DNA of 64,000 nt from the NCBI GenBank assembly GCA_047495785.1, contig JBLDXI010000017.1:2542001-2606000 (forward strand), read 5' to 3'. Below, piece by piece: positions 40,505 to 52,917 of this stretch (positions within the stretch are counted from its first letter, which is position 1; each line of letters begins with the position of its first letter). The position numbers and the translations under genes are program-made. Under the pieces are notes generated by a model. It did not search any database, was not told the origin of the DNA, and saw only the letters and a list, made by a program, of their open reading frames with translations. Source of the stretch: Lepidodermella squamata. Lineage: Eukaryota; Animalia; Gastrotricha.

Positions 40505-43500
40505 TCACTTCGATAATCGCACGCAGAACGTGCGAATCTGCATAGGCAGCATAGTTACCGACTCCCATTCGCCGTCGGCAGACACTTTCGCCCAGGTGTT
40601 CAGCAGACGCTCGCCTAGCTGATCGTAGCGTAGGGCTTTCGATGTCTTGCTCTTCGATGCGCCGTCTCGGGCTTTTTCGCCGTCTTCCTGTTCTCCCGGC
40701 TTGATAGCCCGTCTCTTCTGTCGATTCAACTATAAAATATTAAAATAAACTTTGTAAATCATTGATTTCAACACAAAATTCGTTAGTGCGAAAATCAGTA
40801 ACAAATAAAAAATTCTACGAGGAGAAATTAGCATAAAACAAAACTAGGCATCAGTGGGTTCAATTTTCATCTATCAAATTTTCTCTACTCATAAAAGATC
40901 CACCTTAAAAATTCTCTCGAACAAATAAATTCAAATTATATCCGTGCAATTTTAGTATAAAACTCGTTGTGTCGATGCGAAATTGATAAAAATTAAAAAA
41001 AAAATGAAATTTAGGAATGTCAAACGCTTTACAAACCCCGCCATTAGGAATATCTCCCTGAGGCATATCCGGCGGAAATGGGGCTAGATTAGGATCACGA
41101 TTGAAACCGCCCGGAACAGTCTCAGGCCGCTAATTTTCATCATCAGGTTCTTCCTTAATAATTTTTCACGCACAAATCGCAAAAAACTCACGTGTTCGTC
41201 AACTTGGAACATTCCAGGGCCCTTGGCAGCAGTTTCCCATTTGAGACGAACGAGATCTTTTACCGGCATGTTTGCACCCAGGGCCAATTCTTCGATAGTC
41301 ACCTTGCTTGAGCTTGTCGTGCCGCGACCCAGAAAATGGCGCACAAGTTTGTGAAGGGCTACCTTCTGCGGCAACGAAAGTGTCGCATCTTCGCCGCCCT
41401 CGTAAATGTGCTCCAGGCGGAACATCAACGAGCAGTCTTGGAAATCGCGTTCCAGCGTCAATAGATGAATGTTTTGCGGTAACAACGCCGATGCTGCATC
41501 AACCTTGCCGGAAACACCGGCGCCAACTGAGGTCAACTTTTTAAGACCAGCTTTGGTCCACTCATCGGGCGAAGAGCTGCTTTCAGCGGTAAAGCCAACA
41601 ATTGGAGGGAACATGACTCGTTGAGACCATTTTCGATGAGCGCGAGCTGCCTTGCTAGGAGCGTTCAGCATGACCCAATGATGGCCAGTAGCGACTAGCG
41701 GCCGGCCGTTTTCAACCTCCTGAAGCGCCTCGCCGACACCCAGCTGATCATCCTGGACCAGGCGGCGATGCACCATCACCTCCAATTGACCGTCCCTCAT
41801 ACCCGTGCCACCCTGGGCACGGTCGATAACAACCGTCATTTGAGCCTTCGAGTCATTCGTTGAGATACGGCTGTTCAACGGGTAGTAGTTCTGCGAGACT
41901 GGTTCGGTTGTCTGCAGATTCCAGGTCGGCCGGTAATCTTTCTCGCGTCGCAACATTTCGCGACCATTCGTGTCAGTGTAGAATAACTTTTTATTTTCGA
42001 TGGATGATTCGAAGACTGAGACAACCTCGCGACCAACGCCGCCGCCGCCTCCCCATTGCCACCCAGGGTTAGGCTGTTGTTGTTGGTTATTCGCAGCGCG
42101 GTTCAACTGGTCAATTGACCCACTTTCTGTCGGAATAGGACCAGCAATCCATTGAACCTCGAGTTGTCCCTCATTCGCGTAGATGCGAATGATCGACTTA
42201 GCCCAGGTTGAGTATTGCTGATGGATTTCAACAACCTGTTCACCGATGACCAAATTCGTTGTCGGCTCTTCGGTGAAGAGGTGCGGCTCAGTTGAATCAG
42301 GGTTGAATAGATACGCCCCAGATGGCGGCGCCGGCATGCCTCTAGCAGAGTAAAACGCCATGAAATGCGTAAAATCCACCTTAACATTTTCAACTCGGTT
42401 TTCCAACGCATTCAACCGACCCTTGTCGTCCAGGGCGAGTTTCAACTTGCCGTTATCGATAAATTGGCCGCTGACAACAACTTTCGAGCCATCAGATGCC
42501 TTGGCATTAGGATCAGATGTCGCCTTAGCGAATGCTTTCTGGGTTGCAAGTTTCGCTCCACCGGTTTGAGTTTCTTTAATGAAGTAAACGCTGGAGCCAA
42601 GCGGCGGAATAGCGGCGCGGAAAACGACTTCATGCGTTGCCTTAGACTGAGCCCGAGTTGGGAGGGATTTTACGTCATCGAGAACTGGGACCAAATCAGC
42701 GGCGACCAATTCGCCATTAGGATCACGAACTTCAAACGAGCCAGAACCGTCGACCCTTACCGGAATTCGAACCCAAGTAGTCGTGTTCTCAGCCAATGGA
42801 TTATAAATTATAGTCGAAAACTTGGTGTGGCTTTCCGTGAAACCGCATTGAGTTTCGTTGAGTAGCGGGCAGAATTCGATGGCGTCGTCTTTAGCTAGGA
42901 TACACCCGGCTTCAACCTTCTCTTTACCGCCACAGTGTAGTTCAGCCAGAGCTAATCTGGCGATATAACGGCCGTGGTCGAGGGCGATTGAAGCGCGTTT
43001 TCGGTAATCGTCGGTAACAGCCTGTTTCGCAGTGCCGGTTACAGCGTCGTGATGCTGCAAAATACCCTGCGCGTCTTGCATGTTGAACAACCGACGGCGA
43101 AGTTCAGTTCCGATTGGAATTTCGGTAAAAGAGAGCAACTGACGAGCAGTTCCGAACCAGTTGACTAAGTCACGGACCAGGCGTTTCAAACTCGGGCGCG
43201 AGGTGAAGTATCCAGTCCAATACGCTTGAGGTTTGTCGGCATAGGGGAAGAAATCGTCGGTTTTGTTAGTTAGACCCTTCCCAATAGTCGCCTCGTATAC
43301 GGCCTTGGTGTAGCAAGACGGAGTCGAGTACAGCATGTGATAGGTACTCGATTTATTATTGGTACCGCGAATTAGAGCGTCCATGTTCAAGAACCACCTG
43401 TGAAAGCAAACAAAAGCATGAATTACGAACTCATTTCACTTCATTCTGATATCGAAGACTACTCTCTTAAAACCGCTAGATTTTCTTTCACGCGTTTATC

Positions 43501-45465
43501 ACGGTCTGATCCCACAGCTGCAGCGTTTGAGATTATTAAGGTAGCTTTTTGCATTTTATCATTTTTCACGTGATGCGAATGATGATATTTTAAAGTCACG
43601 ACTGCATTATTTATGCCGCTTTTCCCCACCGGCAAAAGCACGTTAACGCGCTGTCTCACTTTCGAGGTCAAACTTTAAGGTGGCAAGAAATTATAAAACA
43701 TTAAATATGCCAAATACCAATGAATAATCTTACTAACTGCAGCTAATCGCGTAATTTATCAAGGCACTGATATTGAGCTGGCAGCTAAATTGTAAATCTT
43801 ATCAATATCTAGAACTGTAACAAGAGGCGGCGTCGCACATGGCATTGGGATTACAGTAAATCTACAAATCCACCCAAAATGTTTAATCCTACTTGATATA
43901 CAGCAAATTTATGTTCTAAGTCGACCCCTCCGTTATGATATTGAAGAAAAATACTAACGGGATGGAGTTGACGTAGTTGAAGTCCATGCCCATGGTCACG
44001 ATCAGGTGGTTGGTAGGGAACTGCGTGCGTTGTTGGTTCATCGCCTGTTCAAACTGCGCGACGCGCATCGGCACGTTGTAACCGTCCAGATCCGGATCGT
44101 CCTGTCATCGTAATAACACACAATATTATCATTATTATCACAGCCACCAGCAGCTATTTGTTTATTTATTTGCGCTAAATAAATGACCGGCAGATGACCG
44201 CGCGATGTGCGAACGATGACGCATCTCCTCGCACACATGCAAACATAAGAACTACTGCTGTCATTCGAGCGCGATATTTTTTCGCTAATGCATCTCGAAT
44301 CGATCGCGTAACTAAAGCCTGCAGTAAAAAACATACCATTATGGGTTGATCAGATGTGAAAGTCTCGAAATTGAATCCGGGCGGCGGTCCGTAGTTCGAG
44401 CGGGGGAACATCGATGTGAAAAGATTCAGCCCCAAATCAGGCGCTCCCGGGCGTAGCTGCCAGACCAACTCTGTCGTTCGTTGCATCTCCCGAGCCGCTC
44501 GGTCTTGATAGTCAAGACGCGCGAAAAACAACCCGTTGAAACCCATTTCCGCGAATAGCGACGCTGCCTCTTTAGAGTGACCGAAAGGGTCGATTTGCCA
44601 GCCGATCAGCGGCCGGTAATGCGGATCAATCTCGGAGGTAATAAAACCGAAGCCAGTCGTGTGTTGGTCAATTAGAGACACGTAATCAGTCGCCGCTTCG
44701 TCAGCCATCGACCAGCCAGCGCAGATCAACTCGATTTGACCTCGCTCGAGTAACCGGCGCAGTAAATTACGCGATCCTTCGTTTTGCCGGCGCCACCACC
44801 GCCACAAAAACGCCATTTCAACAATAACGAACCGACGATCAGGTTGGCGAGCCACCTCTGAAATCACAGAGTCGATGATGTATTGCACACCGGCGTTTTG
44901 GATGTAGTTTAAATCGCCCCAGTAGTACTGATCGACGGTTTTCAGCCAACCAACGTCGTCGTGAGAGTGAGGGATCAAATGAATATTGATTTTATCATCT
45001 CGCCACGGGTTGCAGTGTTCGTCGTGGAGACCTTTATTATACACCGACTTTCCCTTTTTAGCAAGCTTAATCGCCTCTTGGAAAGTATCGTCAGGCCTAT
45101 CTTCTGCCGGTTGGTAAGCTGAAGGTTTTCGATGAGCAGGAGGTAATTTTCGATCAGCATGGTCGTCCTAATAAAAAAAATCAACATTTAACAAATGCGA
45201 TTTAAGCGGTAAATAATCAACTCACATCTTCGACAAAACCGTCTTTGTCTTGATGAAAGTGGTCGGGAACATCATCGTTTGACAAGGCGCCGGCATCTCC
45301 ATCAACGTACGCTGTTTGGCGTTGAAACATGACGAAAGCCACAAGTAAGAGGGTTGTTCCGATCAGGCCAATAAGAAGCGCCTTCCGGAAGCCACGTGAA
45401 AACATGTATCGCATAGTTTTAACTTTGAATGCGCCGAATTCCATGTCCGTTTTAGAATAGACCAT
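40505..45465 (-). CDS. GH38 alpha-mannosidase, lysosomal (MAN2B1-like) catalytic type with N-terminal membrane anchor (~1,245 aa)
   Basis: Exons 45465-45226, 45167-44337, 44101-43959, 43397-41192, 41129-41037 (Pro/Gly-rich, less certain), 40729-40505. Motifs HSHDDVGWLKT, GWQIDPFGHS, YWTGYFTSRP, QHHDAVTGT, C-terminal LPMQIRTF. Start codon uncertain. Confidence 0.9.
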
Positions 45466-45588
45466 AGCCAATATTCAGCATAACAATGCGACGATCGGAA
45501 ATAGTATTTGGATGCAACGCCTGAAATTTAGCACGACTGTAGCAGCTCTGCCACTTTTGATTTGCCGGTAAATAATTTAAAAATAATT

Positions 45589-47697
45589 CTGCAAGGAAAA
45601 AAAATCGATTGAATGCGACGTTCAGCAAGATATTGACGCACAGGATCTCGCACAATGTACAATCAACAGCCTGACGCGTGACATAGAGGCATTTCAGCTG
45701 CGAGCACATTGTGCGCACCTCTCTCTTTCAAGCATGTAAACACGCGTTCTACCACTATTACCACTACTAGGCATACATTCATTATTTCTCATTTCTTTTC
45801 TTCTGTTCCCTTATGTTCAATGTGTTTCTGTCATGTGTGTGAATAAGAAATGGAAGGTGAAAGGAAAAAAAATACCTATAACAATATGATACGGCTTCTC
45901 TACAAAACACGCAGCGATGTCGGTAAACTACGGCGGCAAAATAAGCCAATGCGATCAGGGCGTACCATTTACATTCAGAATAGAATAGTAGCAAAGACCA
46001 ACTTAACTATAAGTATCATTCAAGCGCAGCAGTGGCATGCATAAGAGAAAACACAAGGGTGCCTAAATCTATATATAGAAAGTATTCACGGGTATCCGTT
46101 TATTATCTGCTTCAATTCAACATAATAAATGAGTCGGACGAGGGGGCTAACATTGACATGGATTAGCTAATTACGTGTTGGAGCATAGGGTCAGTAAAAT
46201 AAATACATTCAACTTCTGTAATTAACTTTCCCTTTTCCCCATTTCAAGACGCGATCTCATGGTTCCAGTGACATCGCGTAACGACGTTAAGTTGTCAAGC
46301 TGAGATCTTTAAACTGAGATTTAGCTACCCGATTCAAACAAACTTCATCCATGATAAAAGAGAGTCAATTAATACGGTATGGTAATCGGGATTTGGGCGA
46401 ATATCGGAAATAACAATCAGTGCAACAAATATGCACATCTGCGGTATGGGCAAAAGGCGAAAAATGAAGCCGCTCAAAAACAACTTATAGCTAAAATGAA
46501 ATGCTTATTCAAACTTTCATTATATTAACCTCCATCGATGAGCTCATGACATTGGCATAGATAATTAGGCAAGATCGATAGGTAAAGACATATTCTGAAA
46601 GTATCCATGAAAACAATAAAGCCGATCTTAGTGCAGAGAGCAGCTTTTAAACGGTTTGGCATGAAACTATTTAATTATATGTATCAATAATATTTAAACA
46701 CAGATATATGGGGTGCGAGATACGAATGGAAATCGGCAATGGTGCATTTCATAGGGCATAGGCTATTGCCGATTGCCGCATCATATTGAGAATTTCTAAA
46801 AATCTTATCAACATGCCAAGCTAACCCAGCTTATTATTGCCCATCGACCAGTTAATCTCATTTCAGGCGCCATGTTATAGATGAAACATTTTAAATGCCA
46901 TCAACATTACATAACACGTCAACAGGCCCATTTTTAAATCTAACAACATTTAGTCCATTGTTCAATTGAGACGCAGCCCAAGAAAACTTGCCACACTTAA
47001 AAATAGCAAAAGCTGGCGCATGTTTACTGCGTAAACCACCCTTTTTGGTAGACAGAGTGAAATATGTGGCGCTTTTTCATGGGTTGCGTCTCAATTAAGC
47101 GGTAAGACGCAAGACAAGAGACAAGACCGTATTGGTCATTGGTCGTCCACAACATGAAGAGATTCGTCAAGAAACAAGTAAAGGTTCAATTATGCTTTGA
47201 ATAACAGCTGAAAGCAAAGAGAAAAGCTTCTCCACGTTTCGCAGAAACGTCTTGTAAGTTGTAAGGCTGTGTTTTAAGTAAGTACATATATTTGTATGAA
47301 ATCTGTCGTTGATCATGCTGCATATTGTAAGTGCAACAAGGGTAAACCACCGGATGGACATCGGAAAAGCGATATCGATTTAGCTTGCTATTCTACAGCT
47401 TCTTGCCTTCGCGCTTTGCGCGATAAGCAGGGCCATCTACTTTTAAGGGAAGAGAGCAACATTTAATTAGGGACCAGGGACGAGCAGGCAACTAAGGCAT
47501 CCCGCTTACTGCTACCTGCAACCTGCCACCTGCCACTGCATGTTAAATGCCAAATACTGCATTGAGAATGATGAGAGGTGCTCCAGAGAGCAGGTAGAAG
47601 ATGGATAGCGCAAAACGCAGAACGAAGAACGAAGAACGAACAGACTACGCTACAGGCTACAGGCAGCTGCGGCGAGCGACGTGCGCGCAACGCATAC
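45589..47697 (-). other. Probable 2.1-kb 5' UTR intron of the alpha-mannosidase gene
   Basis: Strong donor CAG|GTATGC at 47697 and pyrimidine-rich acceptor ttttttccttgcag ending at 45589; no credible coding ORF between. Confidence 0.5.
46964..47096. mobile_element. Imperfect inverted repeat, possible degenerate MITE
   Basis: AATTGAGACGCAGCCCA..GCCACA (46964-46995) pairs with TGTGGC..TGGGTTGCGTCTCAATT (47065-47096); outer 17 bp have one mismatch; no clear TSD. Confidence 0.45.
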
Positions 47698-48610
47698 CTG
47701 GAGACCCCTGCGCAGATTTCTCCGCGCTCATTGGTAACAAAATAACAGCGAAAAACAGAATAGATTTGATTCTCTTATTTTACCTATTTTTTCTTTACCA
47801 ATTATATTTATTTTACAAAAATTGTTATAAATTGGTGCAGAAAAACAAAGGATCTAGCCGCAGTTGTTTTTTGTGTTCCGACTTTTTTCGCTTTGGGTTT
47901 ACGGTTTCATGGTTGAATGTTACAGATTACGTCGCAGGCTCAAACTAAGTCAGCCTGAAAGGGTTAGTATCGAAAAGCAGACGTCAGAGAATGACTATTT
48001 TCTGCGAGGTAACTAGTGAGGCCTCGCATGATCAGCAAATGGCGAAGTGAATGCGTTGGGCACGTGGTACAAACCTTTCTTCCACGCTGTCGCTCCACTT
48101 TCCACTTGGCTACCCTCGCAGCTTTATTTGTTGACACGGATGCACATCTTCCATATTAATCTAACAATTTAATTAACACTTTTCAGCCAAGGGTGTACAG
48201 TCCTGAAAGAAATGAGACCCGGTAAGCGATTCAATGAAAAGACAACTGGTGATGCATGATCAGTATTGTACGACACCCTATTTTATTTGACAAGAAAAAA
48301 CAGCTTAGTACCCGAATCGCTCAGCGGGTCTCAAATCTCAAATAGGTTAGGGCCAGTTCATGGACCAGTTAGCAATTCGCAAGTTCAAAATTTGCCCGCC
48401 ATTTTCTCCTTATCATTTCGAGATTTTCCCGAGGCCAGGGGCTGGCCTTTGATAATTAGTTGCCGATTAGGATGACTAGGCCTGACTTGAGGCACACGAA
48501 ATTGTGTGAAAGCTAGTAGCAGAGAAAAGCACCGCTGCATCATAGCTTAGGTATTTTATTATACTCTATTTCCAGAAAACCAAAATCAATATTAAGGAAA
48601 TCCAATCGAG

Positions 48611-49925
48611 TTACGCCTCGACCCATCTGATGATTCGCGTCCATCTGGATTTGCGCGGGAACAGAGAGCTCTCAACCGAAACGGCGGAATGATAGGTATG
48701 GAAGAGCCTGAAATAATGTTTTTAAACTTTAACTGACACACACGGTACAAAACTTACAAATAAGTGACAATAAAGCCGAATAGGACATCAATTGCATAAT
48801 GCTCATGCCCAGCCATAATCAGATACACACCAGATATATTGGCGATTCGAGCAAGGGTGTGCAATGGGCGCCAGTTTTTGGGCGAATCTAAAAATAGAAA
48901 ATGAGGGATTTGAGACCAAACTTAAGGATGAAACTTACAGTGGCAGAAAAACAATTGCAGCAAAGTTACCATCGAAGTGTGACCAGAGAAGAAATAGTCC
49001 CCACAAGTTACAACGCCAGTTGACACCAAACCAAATCCAATATACATGTCCCACCACATTTTGAACTTTTGCTGGAATGTTGCGTTTTCTATTATGCGAC
49101 AGGGGAGGTGCTTCCCGGGACTAGCCAGAGTAGTCAGGAAAATGGTGGAGCTCCGAAGCAGGAAAATAGTTCCAAAAATGACACAAAATCTACAAAACAT
49201 TTGGGCTCTGCGGGTGCCATCGCTCATCACGGCAGCAATAAGACAGCCAATAAACAGAATACCCAGCGCAATCTCCGTGCCAAGGAAAGCCCATTCGACA
49301 TGGGGCACGTAGTCGAGAACGGTGTCTGGTAGCGGTGGCTGATCTTGAAATTATGAATTCGATGAATTGGAAAAAATATCTTCAAATTTGAACAAACCAG
49401 GTGTGCGGAAGTGACGCGTAACTGTTACAAAGCAGGAGATGGCCCAGCATATTGACAGGTAGAGGAAACAATAAGATTTTCTAAGCATTCTTTATAATAA
49501 ACGAAACCTAAGATAAAAACATACAAAAATTGCTCTCAGTTTTCATTGGGAATGAGGACAGCCTCTAGCACGGAGAAAATAACCCATAGCACAAGTACGA
49601 CGATAATTGCGGTAGTAATGGTCAACGCGCCCACCGAGCCAAGGCCGTGGTAAATTGCCAAATTTACGGCTGCCATGAAGATGTTGAGAATGAATAAAGT
49701 ATCTCCGGTCGGCCGGTTTGGAATCGGCTTGTATTCTTCCTTTTTCGTCAATTGGGCAGCTGACTTTGACCTGCTGCGAACGCTGCTTTTCGTTGTCGCA
49801 TCTTCCAACTCGCTCAAGCTCGAATCATTGCCATGATGGTCATTCGGCGGCGTTGGGGGAGGAGTCGTGTCGCTTGAACGAGGGGTGTCTGTTGTAGCAA
49901 CGCCGTTATCAGCAGAGTTTGCCAT
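48611..49925 (-). CDS. Sphingomyelin synthase-family (SMSr-like) gene with an in-frame TGA at 49538-49536
   Basis: Exons 49925-49525, 49480-49398, 49343-48939, 48887-48758, 48707-48611. Motifs PPLPD, CGDYFFSGHT, HEHYAIDV intact; no SAM domain seen. Confidence 0.8.
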
Positions 49926-50552
49926 AGTTCAAATTAGAAGGTATTCACTATCTGATCTCAGTAGAAAATAAAATGAATTATAATAGCTGAACGCGATAAA
50001 TCTCTAAATTTTTATGGCACATTCGAGAAAAAGCAGACTACGTGGTCGCGTGTCAAATAAGATTTTTTTCTCATGATGGTGTCGTTGTTCACTATTTGAC
50101 GTCTTATCGGCAATTCTTCATCCTATCACCTGATGTTTAGGGAAAGAAGTGGCGGTTGTCTATTGCGCATGAGGAAATTTGCGGTTTTGTAAACAATTAT
50201 TGATAACACACTGTGTCATGTAACAATGGGCTGTACGTCGATTCATTTTTTAATCACGCAAAGCACGCAGTTCCTGTGCATTGCTACGACTGATTACCGT
50301 TATCTGAAGGCATCCACGCCTACAGAATACCGGCTACGATATCTCCACAGACTGTGGACAGCCTCATTTTGTCCAAACTTTATTTGTTCCCCGATACATT
50401 AACTGGGTTAAGGCAAATCGCATTCCGGAATTTCAACTCATTTTCTGAAAATTAACCCGCCGAAGTGATTAACCAATTTCACTTTCTACAAAAGAAGGAA
50501 ACGCTCTTCGTACCCATAATCATTCGAACCCAAGAGAGACATTGACACAGCT

Positions 50553-51749
50553 TTATTGCTCACAAGATGCCAATTTCAAAAGCTTTTTACTTTTGCTTTC
50601 AGGAGTGTAATGACCACTTCGTCGCAACTTTTCTACTATGGCGACGGGAGATAGACGCAAAGTATCGTCGGTATCAGCATCGTCAGTAATGTCAACAGAC
50701 TGAGACCAGTGAACACCGAAAGGTCGCAGTTCGTAGAGCATGTATTCATAAATATACATTTCATCAATACTCATCTAAAAATATCACATAAAAACAGGTT
50801 TTAAGGAGGATAGTTGAAATTATACGTAGTGGAAAGACACAGCGGAATCGGAGCAACACTCTGGACCTTCAGTGTAGCCACCTGCATCAAAGGACCACGC
50901 CCAATTGTTCGAATCCAACGAGCCAATCGGAATGTGATCCAGCAATCGAAGTGGCATGAAACGTTGCCGGCCATTCTTGTCTCGCGTATCTATAGCCTTA
51001 GCACCTACGCCATCTAGGCAATATCCGATTTGAACGTCTTCGGGGCCTCCGTTCGTTCGAATATTGCAATATTTGGGAATGTTGTACCCCTCACTCACCA
51101 TGCGGTTAAGGGCATTTCGTGACATGGCGTAACCAGCACCGCCACTCATATAGCCTTGCTTCACATAAGGGCGGAATAAGCGACCCAGATAAAATGGCTT
51201 ATTAGGGTTGTAGTCACTCAGTAGTAGTCGAAGGTTCTCCATTATCACGTACGTATCATCGTCAGCTTTCAAAAACCAGTCAAAATCCGATAGATGGTTG
51301 TCGTAGGCCCATTTGAAACCCGCTCGTACTTTACCCCATACTTCTTCATAACCAATTTGCGAAGACATTTTAATCGCTCCAATTTCCGGATCATCTATAT
51401 CAGACATAAAGACTAGCTGTGTGCATCGGCGTCCCCATGTTGAGCGAACAGCCATGATTCGGTCCCTGCGCGATGCTGTCGTTAACACAAGACACAAAAC
51501 TCGAACGGATGTTGACAAAAGGTCAACTAATTCATTGTTTTCCACATCTAATAATGGCTGATGAGGCTGTTTTAAAGGTTTCTGCAAACGCCGTTCGCCG
51601 AAGAATAATAGCGAAAATATTCCATATTCAGAATCTATCCAATACAGTAGTAGATATAGTGTCCATATGTAGTATAAAGTCGCGAAACCAGAAAGACATA
51701 AAAGACCCGCTGCGGCTATTGGGTGTCGATTCTTCAAGTTAAAAAACAT
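50553..51749 (-). CDS. Core 1 beta-1,3-galactosyltransferase (T-synthase)-like A1, catalytic motifs intact (~381 aa)
   Basis: Exons 51749-50826 and 50774-50553. Type II TM, TWGRRC, WFLKADDDTY, GYMSGGAGY, EDV, CCSD..VSFHY. Confidence 0.92.
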
Positions 51750-51799
51750 TTAAATATGCATCTATAAAATGAAAAATAACGAATAAATTCGCGCAATTT

Positions 51800-52917
51800 T
51801 TACTCAGCCTGGATGACATCTGACGAGTTAAAATGCTGTTGATGACAGGCAGGATATAATTGCTTGGATCCTCCATCATCTATCAAGTAACCTGACTTGC
51901 GGAGCCGGGAGACAAAGCTTGAAGGCGACAATGTCAGTAGATCATTGCTTGTGGTAGCTTCGATCGGAGAAACCCAGTAAACACCGAAAGGCCGAACTCG
52001 GTATAGGAGGTAGTGGAAAATTTGCATGTCTAAATTGTTGACCTGAAAAGGTTCGGGATAAACACAGGAAAATTATTATAAAATTACTGCAATCTTACGC
52101 CTTGAATAGAAATTAATCTTTTCGATCCATTCATTGGAACTCGAAGAATAGGCATTAGCCATTTGCCCACCTCGTCCACAGTTAGGTTGATTGCCTGAAT
52201 GTTGGGAGAAAGAACTCGGAGACACGTTGTAATCTGTGCTGTCTCGTACGGCTGATTAGATGGTTGCGCCCAAGGACATGAACCCGACATTGGGAACGAT
52301 TCAATCGCCAGTCGGGACAGCGCTTTCCGAGACAAAGCGTACCCACTTTCAGCAAGCAAGAACGAGTTCGAATCTATCCTACCCGCGTAATTCGTTTCGT
52401 TGGCGTTGTAGTGAGCCAATGCCAATCGCCAGTTATCCAACACCTGAAACGTGTTGTCCTCCGCTCTCAGAAACCAGTCGTAGTCGTTCAAATGATTGTC
52501 ATGCGCCCACTTGTACGCAGCTTTCAGTCTGACCCAAGTATCAGCGTTGGTCGCTTGCATATTCGGCGGGACGATGGCGCCCAGCTCTGCATCCTCCACA
52601 TCAGAGATGAAAACGAGTTTATTGCACCGAGGTCCCCAGGTTCGCTTGACTTGCAGCGCGTCGCTTTTATGACGCTCAGATTTTGTCACCACCAAGCACA
52701 TGATGCGAACTGAGCTGAACATGAATTTAACGAGATCATTGTCGCGTATAGGCACCACGTAATTCAGTTTAAAGCGCTTTATTGGTCCAGGGGGAGGCCC
52801 CCAAGCGTATCTGAACTGAGCGACGAGGAAATAATAGAAGAGGTAAATGCTGAAATAGATCAATACGGCGGTAACGATATTCTTTCGGTAACATCTTAGG
52901 CTGACAGTTAAGGCCAT
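51800..52917 (-). CDS. T-synthase-like paralog B1 with degenerate active site (~353 aa)
   Basis: Exons 52917-52099 and 52042-51800, intron at the same position as in A copies. TWGPRC kept, but DDD>EDN, GGAGY>AESGY, EDV>ETA, SFHY>SIQG. Confidence 0.88.

Noticed and set aside
43730-43745. Possible 3- or 9-nt microexon in a mannosidase intron
   Set aside because: Inclusion creates TAG; a poison exon cannot be supported from one weak match.
47691-47705. ATACCTGG resembling a U1 snRNA 5' end
   Set aside because: No further U1 similarity; better read as a minus-strand splice donor.
48432-48460. GC hairpin AGGCCAG-GGG-CTGGCCT as a Helitron 3' end
   Set aside because: Followed by ATTAGT rather than CTAG at the expected distance; no other support.
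45500-48500. Short ORFs here and antisense ORFs throughout the track
   Set aside because: No recognisable motifs; they are intronic, UTR or shadow frames of real genes.
49536-49538. Genome-wide TGA reassignment
   Set aside because: TGA ends Meis, the P450, both MDH genes, PIKfyve-1 and the mannosidase at expected positions, and no other gene model needs it as a sense codon.
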